From the NCBI GenBank assembly GCA_015163875.1, contig JAAOIH010000005.1, positions 2,607-66,606 on the forward strand: 64,000 bases of DNA. Reading direction: 5' to 3'. The notes under the pieces are model-generated. The model was not told where the DNA came from, did no database searches, and saw only the letters and a program-made list of their open reading frames with translations. Position numbers and translations under genes: made by a program. This document shows, in pieces, positions 39,565 to 50,619 of the stretch. This stretch comes from Bdellovibrionales bacterium (GTDB lineage: Bacteria; Bdellovibrionota; Bdellovibrionia; Bdellovibrionales; UBA1609). Numbering within the stretch: position 1 is the first letter of the stretch; every line of letters begins with the position of its first letter.

Positions 39565-39565
39565 G

Positions 39566-40504
39566 CTATTGCCCCTGTCCGCCCATTAATGCGGATACAA
39601 AATTATTAGGATTAAATTTTTGAATATCTGACAAAGCCTCTCCCATGCCTAAAAATAAAACTGGTAATTTTAAATCTTTAGCTAAGCTAATTGCCACCCC
39701 TCCCTTAGAGCTGCCGTCTAGTTTGGTTAAAATAACTCCTGTAATATTTAAAATGCTATGAAAATTTTTTGCCTGCACACAAGCGTTTTGACCAGAATTA
39801 GCATCTAATACTAAAAAAGATTCTTGAGGAGATTTTGGCAATAGATTTCCAATTACTTTTTTAATTTTTTCTAATTCATTCATTAAGTTAGATTGCGTGT
39901 GCAATCTTCCTGCTGTGTCTATTAAAACTAAATCATAATTTTGTGCTTTTGCTTTTTGACATGCATTATAGGCAACAGCTGATGGGTCTTTCATATCTTC
40001 TGGTGCAAAAATAAATACACCTGCTTTTTTGCTCCAAGATATTAATTGATCTTGTGCTGCTGCTCTAAAAGTATCTGCAGATGCCATTAAAACTTTATAT
40101 CCTTTAAGGTTTGCCATATAAGCTAACTTTCCAATTGATGTTGTTTTGCCAGCGCCATTTACGCCAGACACTAACCAAACAACAGGCTCTGTTCTGTTTG
40201 TGTCATTTAGTGACTCCCAAATAGAGTCTGCATCTCTGTAGGCTAAGTTTAGTGAATTTAACATTTCTGATTTTAAAGAAGTAAGTAATACAGAATAATT
40301 TAAATTTTTTTCTTTTTTAATTGTTTCTAAAAAATAATGAGCAGTGCTAGGTCCAAGATCGCTTCCATAAAGCAGCTCTTCTAAAGATTCCATGTCTTGG
40401 TCTGTTAAAAAGTTTTTTTTATCTGAAAAAATTTTAAGTTTATCTGACCATGAATTACGAGATTTTTCTAAAATAGAAAATAAATCTTTAGATTTTGTTT
40501 TCAT
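39566..40504 (-). CDS. ftsY: Signal recognition particle receptor FtsY
   Basis: GVNGAGKTTSIGKLA, DTFRAAA, DTAGRLH, TKLDGSSKGG. Confidence 0.97.
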   Translation of the reverse strand: MKTKSKDLFSILEKSRNSWSDKLKIFSDKKNFLTDQDMESLEELLYGSDLGPSTAHYFLETIKKEKNLNYSVLLTSLKSEMLNSLNLAYRDADSIWESLNDTNRTEPVVWLVSGVNGAGKTTSIGKLAYMANLKGYKVLMASADTFRAAAQDQLISWSKKAGVFIFAPEDMKDPSAVAYNACQKAKAQNYDLVLIDTAGRLHTQSNLMNELEKIKKVIGNLLPKSPQESFLVLDANSGQNACVQAKNFHSILNITGVILTKLDGSSKGGVAISLAKDLKLPVLFLGMGEALSDIQKFNPNNFVSALMGGQGQ

Positions 40505-40508
40505 TTTA

Positions 40509-43500
40509 TTAAGACCAAGTTTCTATTTTATCAAAATCTACTGATAATAGTTTAGAAACCCCTTTTTCTTGCATAGTAACACCAAAAAGTTTATCTAAAC
40601 TTTTCATAGTTTGTTTGTTGTGTGTAACAACAATAATTTGTGTATATTTTGACATCTCTTTAATTAAATCATTAAACCTTATTACATTTGCTTCATCTAA
40701 TGGAGCATCTACCTCGTCTAGTAAACAAAATGGTGACGGATTTACCAAAAATAAAGAAAAAATAAATGCTACAGCAGACAAAGCTTTTTCTCCGCCAGAT
40801 AATAATTGGATTCGTTCTAATTTTTTACCAGGAGGGCAAACCATAATATCTACTCCCTCTTCACCTGTTTTTTCATTTGGGATTAAGCTTAATTTAGCAT
40901 GACCCCCTCCAAATAAAGCTGGAAAAACTTTAGTAAATTTATCATTAATTTTTTCAAAAGTTGTTTTAAATCTTTCTTCACAAATTCCATCTATTTTAAT
41001 AACAACTTTATTCAGTTTATCTTTTGCTGATAATAAATCTGTATGTTGCTCTTCTAAAAAAGTAAATTCTTTTAACTGATCTTCATATTGTTCAGCCGCT
41101 ACTAAGTTTACTTCTCCAATGCGGCGTAATTTAGAATAATCTTTTTCTATTTCTTCTTCTATATTTTTAAAAAATATAGACATATCTTTATTATTATCAA
41201 ATACAGATTGCAGCTCTTCTTCTTTTTTGTTTACAAAATCTGGCAGGTCTACTAAATATTTTTCTTTAGCTTGTTCTACAAAATTATTTTGTTGCAACAA
41301 AAAAGCTTCTAGGTTTAATTTTAAATTATGAGTTTTTTCTTTCCAAGAAAATTGTTTTGATCTTAATGTTTTTAAATTTAAATCTTTTTTGTCTAAATTA
41401 GATTTTTCGATTTCATAATTATTTACTAGATTAGATTGTTTTAATTGTAATTTCTCTAAACTGCCAAGCTTGTTTGATAAAGACTCTCTTTGAACTTTGA
41501 TAGATTCTTCATAAGCTTTAATAGATGAAACATTGCCTGTAATTTGATTTTTTGCTTGATTTTGTTCTATATTTAATTCTTTTAACGAGGCAAGTAATAA
41601 TTCTTTTTGTTTTATTAGTCCATCATGTTCTTTTTCAAATTGAGTAAACTTAATATTAATATTTTGTTTTTCATTTTGTATTAAAACAAAGTCTTCTTCT
41701 AAAGATAAAAGCTGTGCTCCAAGTGACTCTAATTGTTCTTTTTTTTCTTTTACTTTTTTAGATAATTCTGTGTTTTTTTCTTTAAAATTACTTAGCCTGT
41801 CAGATTGCTCTTTTTCTTGATTAGTCAGAATGCTAATTTCTTGATATATAGAATTTACTTTGTCATTAAAATGTCCAAATTTTAATTCTAATTCTTTTTT
41901 ATCTCTTTGTAGGTGTAATAAAATATTTTGCTTATCTGATTGAATTTTTTGAGCGTCTTCATAAGAGCCTTCTAATAATTTTGTTTGCTCAACAATTTTT
42001 TCATATTGTTTTTTAGCTAATGTTAACTTAGCCTGAGCCTCTACTTTAGAAGCTAGTAATTCTTTAATTTCGCGATTTCTACTTAATAAGTTAGATTCTT
42101 CTTCTTTGCCAGAGCCACCTGATAAAATTCCCTCAGAATTTAAAGAGTCTCCGTCTTTTGTTACAAAAGAGCATTGCGGGTAATCTTTAATTAAGTTCCA
42201 TGCTAAGCTCATATTTTCTACTAAAACTGTTTTGTCAAAAATATATTTAACTGCATCTGTGTAACTTTGGTCACTTTTTATAAAATCTATTAATAATCCG
42301 CTTACTCCTTCTTTTTTCATTAAAACTTTTTTGTCAGAGTCAGAAAAAGATTTATTAAAAGAGTCTGGTATAAATTCTTTATTAAAAAATTGAGAGTGTC
42401 CTTGGTTGCTTTTTTTAAGATAACTTAAGGCCTGTAAAGACTCCTCTTTGTTAGAAGATAATAATAATTGCTCTTTATGACCAAGTGATGCAGAAACTGC
42501 TTTTTCTAAATCTTCTGGAACTTCTAAAACTTCTGCAATGGGCGCAAAGCTTGTGCTGCCATCAGCATGATGTAAAGTTTGTTTTTGCCAAAGAAGTACA
42601 TTTTTAACTCCTTTTTGAAATCCAGCCCAATTAGACGATAAATCTTCTAAGCTTTTTAATTTACTACTTATAGAAAGATAGTTTTCTTTTTGTTGATCTA
42701 TAAAATTTTGTGCTGATAAACTTTTATCTTTTAAAATTTTTAAATTAGCATCAATATTATTTTTATCTTTTGATAAATTTAAACTAGTTTGATTTTCTTC
42801 ATCAATATTTTTAATTAAAATTTTAAATTCATTTCTGTTTTTCTTTTGCAAGTCTTCTACTTCTGTTTTTTCTGCTTTGTACTTAATTAACCTGTCTGCA
42901 GTCCATTGTAGTTTTTCTTCTAAAGATTGTTTTTGGCTAAAAAAATGTGAGTTTTCTTGTGATAAAATTAATAAGCTTTCTTGGTCTAGTGCAAAATCTT
43001 TCTTTTTAGTGTCTAAATAATTTTTTGCATTATCAAATTTATCTTGTGAATCTTTTAGCAAGGCATCTACATTTTTATTAGATTCTACTAATTTATTTAT
43101 GTTGATGCTAATGTCTTCAATTTGTTTAGAAAAATTATCTTGACGAGTTTTATATTTTGTTAAAAAATTTTCTGATTGCTCTTTGTTTTCTTTTTCTCTT
43201 AATAAAATATGTTCTAAATCTTTGCTTGCAAGTTCTTTTTCTCTAATAATACTCTGTATTCCAGATAGCTCTTGTTGAGATACATTAATTTCTTTTTCTT
43301 TTTTTAATAAATTTAAAGATACTTCTTCTTTTCCTGCCTCTAAAGAAGTTAGTTGTGTTTGAAATTCTAATTCTTCTTTTTCAATGCAGGACAAAGATTG
43401 TTTGTCAGCAAGCGAGGTGTTTTCAATATTTTTATACTGCAATGCTTGTTTAAATAAATCTTTTTCTTCTATATCAGTTTTTACTTTTTTATATTTTTCT

Positions 43501-44144
43501 GCCTTGCTAGCTTGTGACTCTAAAGTTTTTAAAGATTTTTTTTGCTCTGACAAAATATCTTGTAGGCGTAATAAATTTTGTTCAGTAAGAATTAATTTTC
43601 TTTCTGACTCTCGTTTTTTTACTTTAAATTTACTTAAACCAGCAACATCTTCTATAAAAGTTCTTCTTTCTTCAGGTTTTGACAAAATCATTCTGCTAAT
43701 TTGCCCTTGCTCTACAATAGAAAAACCTTTAGCCCCTGCTCCTGTGTCCATAAATAGTTCTTGTATATCTTTTAAACGAACTTGCTCTTTGTTAATTAAA
43801 TATTCTGTTTCAGAAGATTTATGAATTCTGCGAGTAACAGTAATTTCTGAATGCTTTGCATATTTTACAGGAAAGCTGCCTCCGTTGTTTTCTAAAACAA
43901 TAGAAGCCTCTGCAAAAGATACTGGTGCATATTTTTGTGTTCCAGAAAAAATAACATCAGACATTGCAGACCCGCGCAAAGCCTTTGGAGATGTTGAACC
44001 CATCACCCATAAAATTGCATCTACAACATTAGATTTTCCACAACCATTTGGTCCAACAATACCTGTGCGGTCTTTATCAAAACTTATAATTGTTTTGTCT
44101 TTAAAAGATTTAAAGCCATACAATTCTAAATGTTTAATTTTCAA
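40509..44144 (-). CDS. smc: Chromosome segregation protein SMC
   Basis: GFKSF, GPNGCGKSN, coiled coils and hinge, LSGGEKAL, LDEVDAPLD; TTG start with SD AAGGAG. Confidence 0.97.
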   Translation of the reverse strand: MKIKHLELYGFKSFKDKTIISFDKDRTGIVGPNGCGKSNVVDAILWVMGSTSPKALRGSAMSDVIFSGTQKYAPVSFAEASIVLENNGGSFPVKYAKHSEITVTRRIHKSSETEYLINKEQVRLKDIQELFMDTGAGAKGFSIVEQGQISRMILSKPEERRTFIEDVAGLSKFKVKKRESERKLILTEQNLLRLQDILSEQKKSLKTLESQASKAEKYKKVKTDIEEKDLFKQALQYKNIENTSLADKQSLSCIEKEELEFQTQLTSLEAGKEEVSLNLLKKEKEINVSQQELSGIQSIIREKELASKDLEHILLREKENKEQSENFLTKYKTRQDNFSKQIEDISININKLVESNKNVDALLKDSQDKFDNAKNYLDTKKKDFALDQESLLILSQENSHFFSQKQSLEEKLQWTADRLIKYKAEKTEVEDLQKKNRNEFKILIKNIDEENQTSLNLSKDKNNIDANLKILKDKSLSAQNFIDQQKENYLSISSKLKSLEDLSSNWAGFQKGVKNVLLWQKQTLHHADGSTSFAPIAEVLEVPEDLEKAVSASLGHKEQLLLSSNKEESLQALSYLKKSNQGHSQFFNKEFIPDSFNKSFSDSDKKVLMKKEGVSGLLIDFIKSDQSYTDAVKYIFDKTVLVENMSLAWNLIKDYPQCSFVTKDGDSLNSEGILSGGSGKEEESNLLSRNREIKELLASKVEAQAKLTLAKKQYEKIVEQTKLLEGSYEDAQKIQSDKQNILLHLQRDKKELELKFGHFNDKVNSIYQEISILTNQEKEQSDRLSNFKEKNTELSKKVKEKKEQLESLGAQLLSLEEDFVLIQNEKQNINIKFTQFEKEHDGLIKQKELLLASLKELNIEQNQAKNQITGNVSSIKAYEESIKVQRESLSNKLGSLEKLQLKQSNLVNNYEIEKSNLDKKDLNLKTLRSKQFSWKEKTHNLKLNLEAFLLQQNNFVEQAKEKYLVDLPDFVNKKEEELQSVFDNNKDMSIFFKNIEEEIEKDYSKLRRIGEVNLVAAEQYEDQLKEFTFLEEQHTDLLSAKDKLNKVVIKIDGICEERFKTTFEKINDKFTKVFPALFGGGHAKLSLIPNEKTGEEGVDIMVCPPGKKLERIQLLSGGEKALSAVAFIFSLFLVNPSPFCLLDEVDAPLDEANVIRFNDLIKEMSKYTQIIVVTHNKQTMKSLDKLFGVTMQEKGVSKLLSVDFDKIETWS

Positions 44145-44367
44145 ACCAAGCTCCTTATTTTCTTTAAGAGCTAGTTTTTTAAGCTAGATCTAAACTATAA
44201 AAATAAATTAAGTGTCTATTATAGTTACCCTATTATTACTCCAAACCTAAGTTCAGTCCAGTCAGAATTGCCAAAAAAGCCTTATAGCTAAAACACATAT
44301 TTTGCAATGCGTTATTTTGTGTTTTAATTTTATTATTTAGTATTGACAAATATAGCTCAAAACTAGT

Positions 44368-44388
44368 TTATGCCTTATGCCTTATGCC
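44368..44388 (+). repeat. Heptanucleotide repeat (TTATGCC)3 spanning the nusB start
   Basis: TTATGCC TTATGCC TTATGCC; ATGs at 44370, 44377 and 44384. Confidence 0.9.
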
Positions 44389-44784
44389 AGTTTACGCAGA
44401 CAATCTAGAGAGTTAGCCCTAAAGCTACTGCATCAAATAGATTTTACAAAAACAGCACTTCCTCAATCTTTTGAGGATTTTAAATCTGCATTTGTTTTTT
44501 CTGATAAAGTTTGGCCTTATGCTACTGATTTAATTTTAGGAGTACAAAAAAACAAAGAAGATATTTTAAAAATTATTGAAGATAAATCTAAAAATTGGAA
44601 GCTTAGCCGCATAGCTACAGTTGATTTACATATTTTAAGTATTGCAGTTTTTGAATTAAAATTCTCTAAAGAAAACACTGACAAAGCTACAATTATTGAC
44701 GAGGCTCTAGAAGTTGCCAAAAAATATTCTTCAGAAAAATCATCTTCTTTTATTAATGGAATTTTAGACCAAGTACAAAAATGA
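44377..44784 (+). CDS. nusB: Transcription antitermination factor NusB
   Basis: RRQSRELAL, NWKLSRI..VD..IL, IIDEALEVAKKY, FINGILD. Confidence 0.95.
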   Translation: MPYASLRRQSRELALKLLHQIDFTKTALPQSFEDFKSAFVFSDKVWPYATDLILGVQKNKEDILKIIEDKSKNWKLSRIATVDLHILSIAVFELKFSKENTDKATIIDEALEVAKKYSSEKSSSFINGILDQVQK

Positions 44785-45155
44785 TTAGAGAAATTCACTT
44801 AAGCAGCGCTTTTTCTTTAGGCTCAAACCTTTGGGTTACGCCTCATACAAACCGCACATCTGTAATAAAGCAGCTTGATTATTTTACACAATTTCAGTTA
44901 AGCCAAAATAGCAATCAACCAATATTTATGCTTTATAATCATCCACTTTTACCATGTAATGCTATTATTCAAACAAACTACAATGAATCTAAAAAAGAGG
45001 ATTGGATTAAAGAAATTTTTAATATCTGGGAACAACAAAAAAAAGAAAGTTTGCGTATTTTTTTACCAGAAGATTTTGAAACACAATTATCTAAAAAATA
45101 TTTAGCAGATATTTTTCCTAACAATACTGATATTTCTTTAGTCTGTGAGGATTAG
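44781..45155 (+). CDS. Hypothetical protein, translationally coupled to nusB
   Basis: 124-aa ORF overlapping the nusB stop by 4 bp; SLRIFLP motif; no family recognised. Confidence 0.7.
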   Translation: MIREIHLSSAFSLGSNLWVTPHTNRTSVIKQLDYFTQFQLSQNSNQPIFMLYNHPLLPCNAIIQTNYNESKKEDWIKEIFNIWEQQKKESLRIFLPEDFETQLSKKYLADIFPNNTDISLVCED

Positions 45156-45198
45156 ATTATTATTTTTAATTTAAGTGTTATTTTTATAACTTAATAAA

Positions 45199-45912
45199 TT
45201 AAAATAACAAGTCTTCATCTTCGTATAATTCACTATCTATTACAGAAATTTTACCAAATAATGAACTTAAAGGGTTTATAAATTCTATTTTGTTATTTTG
45301 TATTGTCCATTTTGCAAAAATGTCTAAAAAAGTAATAGAAGAAGATATTTCTTTTATTTCTTTGTAATCATAATACTTATCTAACTTTGATTTAGCTTTG
45401 TTTAACAATGCCTTAATAATTGCTTTATGCAAATTTTGAAAAGGTTTTAAATCATTATTATTTGTATTTTCTAAAACCACTTTTTGTCCTGCTAAATATT
45501 TTGACCAACTTCCCTTAGTAAAATTTGCAACAATAGAAAATCTATTATTTAATTTAACAGGTGCTGATTTATAATTTTGATTTACTCTTACAATAAACTC
45601 CATTTTTGCTTTTAAATTGTCGCCTTTTACAGGGCTTAGTATAATTTTATACTCACCATTTGATTTATACCAGTCTGCAACTTTCATTGTGTAATCTTTG
45701 TTTTTTGATGCAAAAGACAGACCGCCTGTTCCTTTGCGAACTTCGTGTCCTTCTTCTATGCTAGATTGTATATAAAAACTATTAGAGCTTTTATCTTTGT
45801 AAAAAGTTTGAACAAATTTACTCATATTTCGAGTTAAAGTTACCTGGCTTTCAGATGCAAAGGCAGAATTGCTTACTAAAAACAACATCATATAACAAAT
45901 TATTTTATACAT
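45199..45912 (-). CDS. Secreted hypothetical protein
   Basis: Signal peptide ending AFA; SD GAGG. Confidence 0.75.
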   Translation of the reverse strand: MYKIICYMMLFLVSNSAFASESQVTLTRNMSKFVQTFYKDKSSNSFYIQSSIEEGHEVRKGTGGLSFASKNKDYTMKVADWYKSNGEYKIILSPVKGDNLKAKMEFIVRVNQNYKSAPVKLNNRFSIVANFTKGSWSKYLAGQKVVLENTNNNDLKPFQNLHKAIIKALLNKAKSKLDKYYDYKEIKEISSSITFLDIFAKWTIQNNKIEFINPLSSLFGKISVIDSELYEDEDLLF

Positions 45913-45982
45913 ACATTAACCTCAATATTTAATTAACTTATAAAAATAATATCATGTTATTGTAATATAACAATATTTTTAA

Positions 45983-47503
45983 TTATTTTGAAAATTTTTC
46001 TTGTATTTTTTTATAAATATTATCAAAACTGCCGTTGCTCATAATAACTACCACATCATTTGCTTTTAAGTTTTCTTGTAAAAATTTAATTATAGAATCT
46101 GTGTCTTTTATATATTTAGCTTTTTTGCAATCTTTGTAGTTTATGTCGTCTATATTATTAATATCATTGACTAATTTACTAGAAGAAAACCTATCTTGTT
46201 CTGTAATTTTTTCTTGATAATAAGCCTGTGCAATAATAACTTTATCTGCCTTATCAAAAGCTAGTACAAAATCTTTTTGAAAGGTATCTCGCCTAGATGT
46301 AGCAGATCTAGGCTCAAATACGGCAAACACTCGTCCATTGTTAGTGTCTATTTTTTTATTAGAAAAATATTGGTTTTGAACAGCATCTAAAGTTAAGTTT
46401 ACAGCGGTTGGGTGATGTGCAAAATCTTCTATAAAAGTTATGTTGTTTGTTTTAAAAAAAATATCTTGCCTTCTTTTTATTCCTTTAAATTCTTGCATTG
46501 CTTTTAAAACTTTATCTTGTGATATTTTTATCTCTTTATTGTCAATTAGCTCAGAGCATAAAACCCATACCGCTAAATTATTTAATATATTGTGTTTACC
46601 AAACAAAGTTGACTGTAGATTAACTTGTTTGTTTTTGTTAATATTTTTTATCTTAATATTTTGAAAAGTTTTTGTATATTGATAATCACTAACTTGATAA
46701 TAGTTAGATATAAACTCCATTTTATCTATTTTATTAAAACCAAAACCGACAATTTTAGATTTAATATTAGATAAAGTTAAAAGTTTTTTAATATTTTTGT
46801 CATCACTGTTAACAATTAATAATCCATTTTCTGGAATTAGCTCGACTAATTTTTTAAAAGATTCTAAAATTTGATCTAAGCTTTCATAAATATCAGCATG
46901 GTCAAATTCTATTCCTGTTAAAATTACAAGGTTTGGCTTATAGTGTAAAAACTTAGGCCCTTTGTCAAAAAAAGCTGTGTCGTATTCATCTCCCTCTATA
47001 ATAAAATAATTTCCATTTTGTTCTAAAAAAGATTGGCTAAAGTTTTTAGCAATACCTCCAATTAAAAAACTAGGTTTTAAATTACAGGACTGAAAAACCC
47101 AAGACATTAAAGATGTAGTCGTAGTTTTTCCATGAGTACCTGCTATAATAATACTTTTTTTATCTTTTATAAAAAAACTAGATATTGCTTGTGGCAAACT
47201 TACATAAGGTATTTTTAATTTTTGCATCTCTACAGCTTCTGTAAAATTTTTGCTAATTACATTTCCAACAATAATTAAATCAGGTTTTGTACTTAAATTA
47301 TTAGCCGAGTATGGAATTTTAACACTAATGCCTAAATTTTTTAATTGGTCAGACATTGGAGGGTAAGCTGCGGAGTCGCTACCGCTAATTAAAAAACCCT
47401 TAGCTTGTAACAGGCCTGCAAGACTTGCCATAGCTGTACCACAAATACCCATTAAATAAATAGATGAACCTGGCTTTAATTTATTTAAATTAGTATTGTT
47501 CAT
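45983..47503 (-). CDS. mpl: Murein peptide ligase (UDP-MurNAc:L-Ala-gamma-D-Glu-mDAP ligase), MurC superfamily
   Basis: GICGTAMASLA, YPPMS, AGTHGKTTTT, EGDEYDTAFFDK.PKF, EFDHADIY, DFAHHPTA, FEPRS, MSNG.F (Mpl-type signatures). Confidence 0.85.
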   Translation of the reverse strand: MNNTNLNKLKPGSSIYLMGICGTAMASLAGLLQAKGFLISGSDSAAYPPMSDQLKNLGISVKIPYSANNLSTKPDLIIVGNVISKNFTEAVEMQKLKIPYVSLPQAISSFFIKDKKSIIIAGTHGKTTTTSLMSWVFQSCNLKPSFLIGGIAKNFSQSFLEQNGNYFIIEGDEYDTAFFDKGPKFLHYKPNLVILTGIEFDHADIYESLDQILESFKKLVELIPENGLLIVNSDDKNIKKLLTLSNIKSKIVGFGFNKIDKMEFISNYYQVSDYQYTKTFQNIKIKNINKNKQVNLQSTLFGKHNILNNLAVWVLCSELIDNKEIKISQDKVLKAMQEFKGIKRRQDIFFKTNNITFIEDFAHHPTAVNLTLDAVQNQYFSNKKIDTNNGRVFAVFEPRSATSRRDTFQKDFVLAFDKADKVIIAQAYYQEKITEQDRFSSSKLVNDINNIDDINYKDCKKAKYIKDTDSIIKFLQENLKANDVVVIMSNGSFDNIYKKIQEKFSK

Positions 47504-47514
47504 TTTTAATTTAG

Positions 47515-47606
47515 TATTTTTAAAATTTTATTTTTTTATTTATTTTTTTATTTTTTTATTTATTTTTTTATTTTTAATTTTTTAATTTATTTAATTTTTT
47601 AAAATT
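47515..47606. repeat. 92-bp tract containing only A/T, with a 20-bp tandem duplication
   Basis: No G or C between 47515 and 47606; TTTTTTTATTTATTTTTTTA occurs at 47531-47550 and 47551-47570. Confidence 0.9.
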
Positions 47607-48408
47607 CACAAAGCACAGGGCAGTGGTCAGAGCCTAGCTGTGTGCTTAAAATATCTGCTTTTGTAATTTTTTTTGATATTTTTTTTGTACTACAAATATA
47701 ATCTAATCTCCAGCCTTTATTATTTTGCCTAGCTAAGCTTCGATAAGACCACCAGCTATATTTTTCTTTTTTGTTTGGATACATATTTCGATAAGAATCA
47801 ACAAAGCCTGAGCTTAAAAACGAATCAAACCATTGTCTTTCTTCTGGTAAAAATCCGCTAGTATCAGCAAGCCTAACAGGGTCGTGAATATCTATAGCTT
47901 TATGGGCAATGTTATAATCACCTACTACAATAATTTCAAAACCTTCTTTTATTTTTTTTTGCAAATGTTTTAAAAATTTTTTTAAAAACTCTTGTTTAAA
48001 ATCATGTCTTTCTTCTCTTGCAGCACCATTTGGAAAATAAACATTGTATAATAAAAATTTTTGAGCATTTTTTTTATACTCATGGATAATAAAGCGTCCT
48101 TCTATGTCAAATTTTTTAATACCAATGCCAAAAGTTGTTTTAACACTAGGAACTAAGTCTGATTTAATATAACTTGCAACACCTGAGTAACCTTTTTGAT
48201 CTGCCGAGGACCACAAAGATTGGTAATTAGCTTTTGATAAAATTTCTTTACCCCATGTTGGAGATAATAATTCTAAACTTAGTTGATCTTCATGAGCTTT
48301 GCTTTCTTGAATACATAAAAAATCAGGATTTTGTGTTTTTAAAAATTTTAAAAATCCCTTTTTTTCGCAAGCTCTAATGCCATTAACATTCCAAGAAATA
48401 ATTTTCAT
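47599..48408 (-). CDS. xth: Exodeoxyribonuclease III / AP endonuclease
   Basis: SWNVNGIRA, QESK, GYSGV, YFPNG, GDYNIAH, WWSYR, GWRLDY, SDHCP. Confidence 0.95.
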   Translation of the reverse strand: MKIISWNVNGIRACEKKGFLKFLKTQNPDFLCIQESKAHEDQLSLELLSPTWGKEILSKANYQSLWSSADQKGYSGVASYIKSDLVPSVKTTFGIGIKKFDIEGRFIIHEYKKNAQKFLLYNVYFPNGAAREERHDFKQEFLKKFLKHLQKKIKEGFEIIVVGDYNIAHKAIDIHDPVRLADTSGFLPEERQWFDSFLSSGFVDSYRNMYPNKKEKYSWWSYRSLARQNNKGWRLDYICSTKKISKKITKADILSTQLGSDHCPVLCEF

Positions 48409-48441
48409 ATAAAAACCTCAAGTGCATAAAAAAAATTTATT

Positions 48442-50598
48442 TTATACTCTTCCTAAAAATTTATCTATTAATTTTTTAGGAACAACATTGTAATCTAAAA
48501 ATTCCATAGAAAAAGACGCTCTACCCTGACTTAAAGATCTTACATTAGTTGCATATCCAAATAAATGATACAGCGGAACTTCTGCGGTTACAAAATTAAG
48601 ATCTTCTTTCATTTCTGTATTTTGAATTTTTCCTCTACGAGAATTTAAGTCTCCAATAATTGCTCCTATAAATTCTCCAGGGCTTCTAACTTCTAATTTA
48701 AAAATCGGCTCCATTAATATAGATTCATTACTTTTTAAAGCTTCTCTAAAAGCTAAACTTCCTGCAACTTTAACTGACATTGCAGAGCTGTCTTCTGTAA
48801 TATCTACTTGAGTAACACATACACTTACTCCAACTAAAGGGTAACTAGCTAGCAGGCCTGCGCCTGCTGCCTCTTTTAATCCATTTTCTAGACTTTCTAA
48901 AAATTCAGGTAAAAGATTTTTAGACACTGCTGATAAATCAACAAAAAGCGGGCCTTTGTCTTTGCTTAAATTAATTTCTAATTTTACTTTTGCGTAATGT
49001 AATTTTTCTGCAATTTCTTTTTCAAAAACAGCTTGCCCTGTTGAAGATTTAGTAATGCCTTCTCTAAAAGAAACTTGTGGAGCTCCTGCATTAATTTTAA
49101 TTTTATATTCTCTTAACAATCTATCAATTAAAATTTCTAAATGTAACTCTCCCATTCCGTAAAGTAATAACTGTGCAGTTTCTGAATGAGTTTTAACTTG
49201 GCATGATGGGTCCTCTTTTTGTAGCTGGTCTAAGGCTTCTAACATTTTTTTTTGATCTGCTGTACTTTTTGCCTCAATTGCAACAGATATTACAGGTAGT
49301 GGTAAGTTTATTGACTCTAAAACAACCGGATTTGCAGCTTCGCACAAAGTGTCCCCTGTAACGCTAAATTTTAAGCCAATTACTGCTCCAATGTCGCCTG
49401 CTTTTAATTCTTTTAATTCTTGCCTAGAGTTAGAATGCATTTTTACAATTTTATTAATTTTTTCTTTTTTTTGAGCTCGAGGGTTAAATAAACTTTGCCC
49501 CTCTTTTAAAACTCCTGAGTAAACACGAATATAAGTTAAATATCCAGAAAAACTATCTTTTGCTAATTTAAATACTAATGCAACAACTGGCTCTTTAAAA
49601 TCAGTTTTAATTAAAACTACTTTTGGATTTTCTTCTTTTTTTTGAAGACTTCTTAAAGAAAATGATTCAGCTGGTGGAACATCTAATGGATTTGGCAAAT
49701 AATCTAAAATTGCATCTAATAAAGTTTGCACTCCTTTATTTTTAAATGCAGATCCGCATAAAACAGGAAAAACTTTTTGCTCACAAGTTAATTTTCTTAT
49801 TAATTTTTTAATTTCTTCTTCAGAAAAGTTACCTTCTGTTAAAAATTTTTCCATAAAATTTTCGTCAAAATCTGATAAATTTTCTAGTAAATTGTTACGA
49901 GATTTATTAATTTGTGATTCTAAATTTTTAAGTTCTAAATCAGATAATCCACAATTAGTAGAAGAGTTTTTAATATCTTCTATTGAGTAAATATTATATT
50001 CTTTTCCAAGCTCTTCATTTTTCCATAATAAAATTTTTTGTAAAACTATATCGTAAAAACCTTTAAAATCTGCTTCTTTTCCAATGGGTATATGCAAAGT
50101 TAATGTTTTAGCTTTTAATTTTTTTTCAATCGAAGCTATGCTTTCTAAATAATCAGCTCCAACCCTATCCATTTTATTAATAAAACAAATTCTAGGAACT
50201 TTGTAGCGATTAGCTTGTCTCCAAACAGTTTCAGATTGTGCTTCTACTCCATTTACTCCGTCAAAAACTACTACCCCTCCATCTAAAACTCTTAAAGATC
50301 TTTCTACTTCTATGGTAAAATCTACATGTCCTGGAGTATCAATAATATTAATTGATTGATTGTTCCAAAATAAAGATGTTGCAGCCGAGGTGATTGTAAT
50401 ACCCCTTTCTTGCTCTTGCTCCATCCAGTCCATAATAGCATTTCCGTCATGAACTTCTCCAATTTTATGACTTCTTCCAGAGTAATATAAAATTCTTTCT
50501 GTTGTAGTTGTTTTTCCAGCATCAATATGAGCCATAACTCCAATATTGCGGAGGCGTTTTAAATCTTCTGATTTTTTTAAAGTAAATAAAGAAGACAT
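48442..50598 (-). CDS. fusA: Elongation factor G paralog with divergent domain IV
   Basis: [42 protein letters not shown]. Not in an rpsL-rpsG-fusA-tuf operon. Confidence 0.93.
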   Translation of the reverse strand: MSSLFTLKKSEDLKRLRNIGVMAHIDAGKTTTTERILYYSGRSHKIGEVHDGNAIMDWMEQEQERGITITSAATSLFWNNQSINIIDTPGHVDFTIEVERSLRVLDGGVVVFDGVNGVEAQSETVWRQANRYKVPRICFINKMDRVGADYLESIASIEKKLKAKTLTLHIPIGKEADFKGFYDIVLQKILLWKNEELGKEYNIYSIEDIKNSSTNCGLSDLELKNLESQINKSRNNLLENLSDFDENFMEKFLTEGNFSEEEIKKLIRKLTCEQKVFPVLCGSAFKNKGVQTLLDAILDYLPNPLDVPPAESFSLRSLQKKEENPKVVLIKTDFKEPVVALVFKLAKDSFSGYLTYIRVYSGVLKEGQSLFNPRAQKKEKINKIVKMHSNSRQELKELKAGDIGAVIGLKFSVTGDTLCEAANPVVLESINLPLPVISVAIEAKSTADQKKMLEALDQLQKEDPSCQVKTHSETAQLLLYGMGELHLEILIDRLLREYKIKINAGAPQVSFREGITKSSTGQAVFEKEIAEKLHYAKVKLEINLSKDKGPLFVDLSAVSKNLLPEFLESLENGLKEAAGAGLLASYPLVGVSVCVTQVDITEDSSAMSVKVAGSLAFREALKSNESILMEPIFKLEVRSPGEFIGAIIGDLNSRRGKIQNTEMKEDLNFVTAEVPLYHLFGYATNVRSLSQGRASFSMEFLDYNVVPKKLIDKFLGRV

Positions 50599-50619
50599 AA
50601 TAAAAACTTTTGAAATTTA

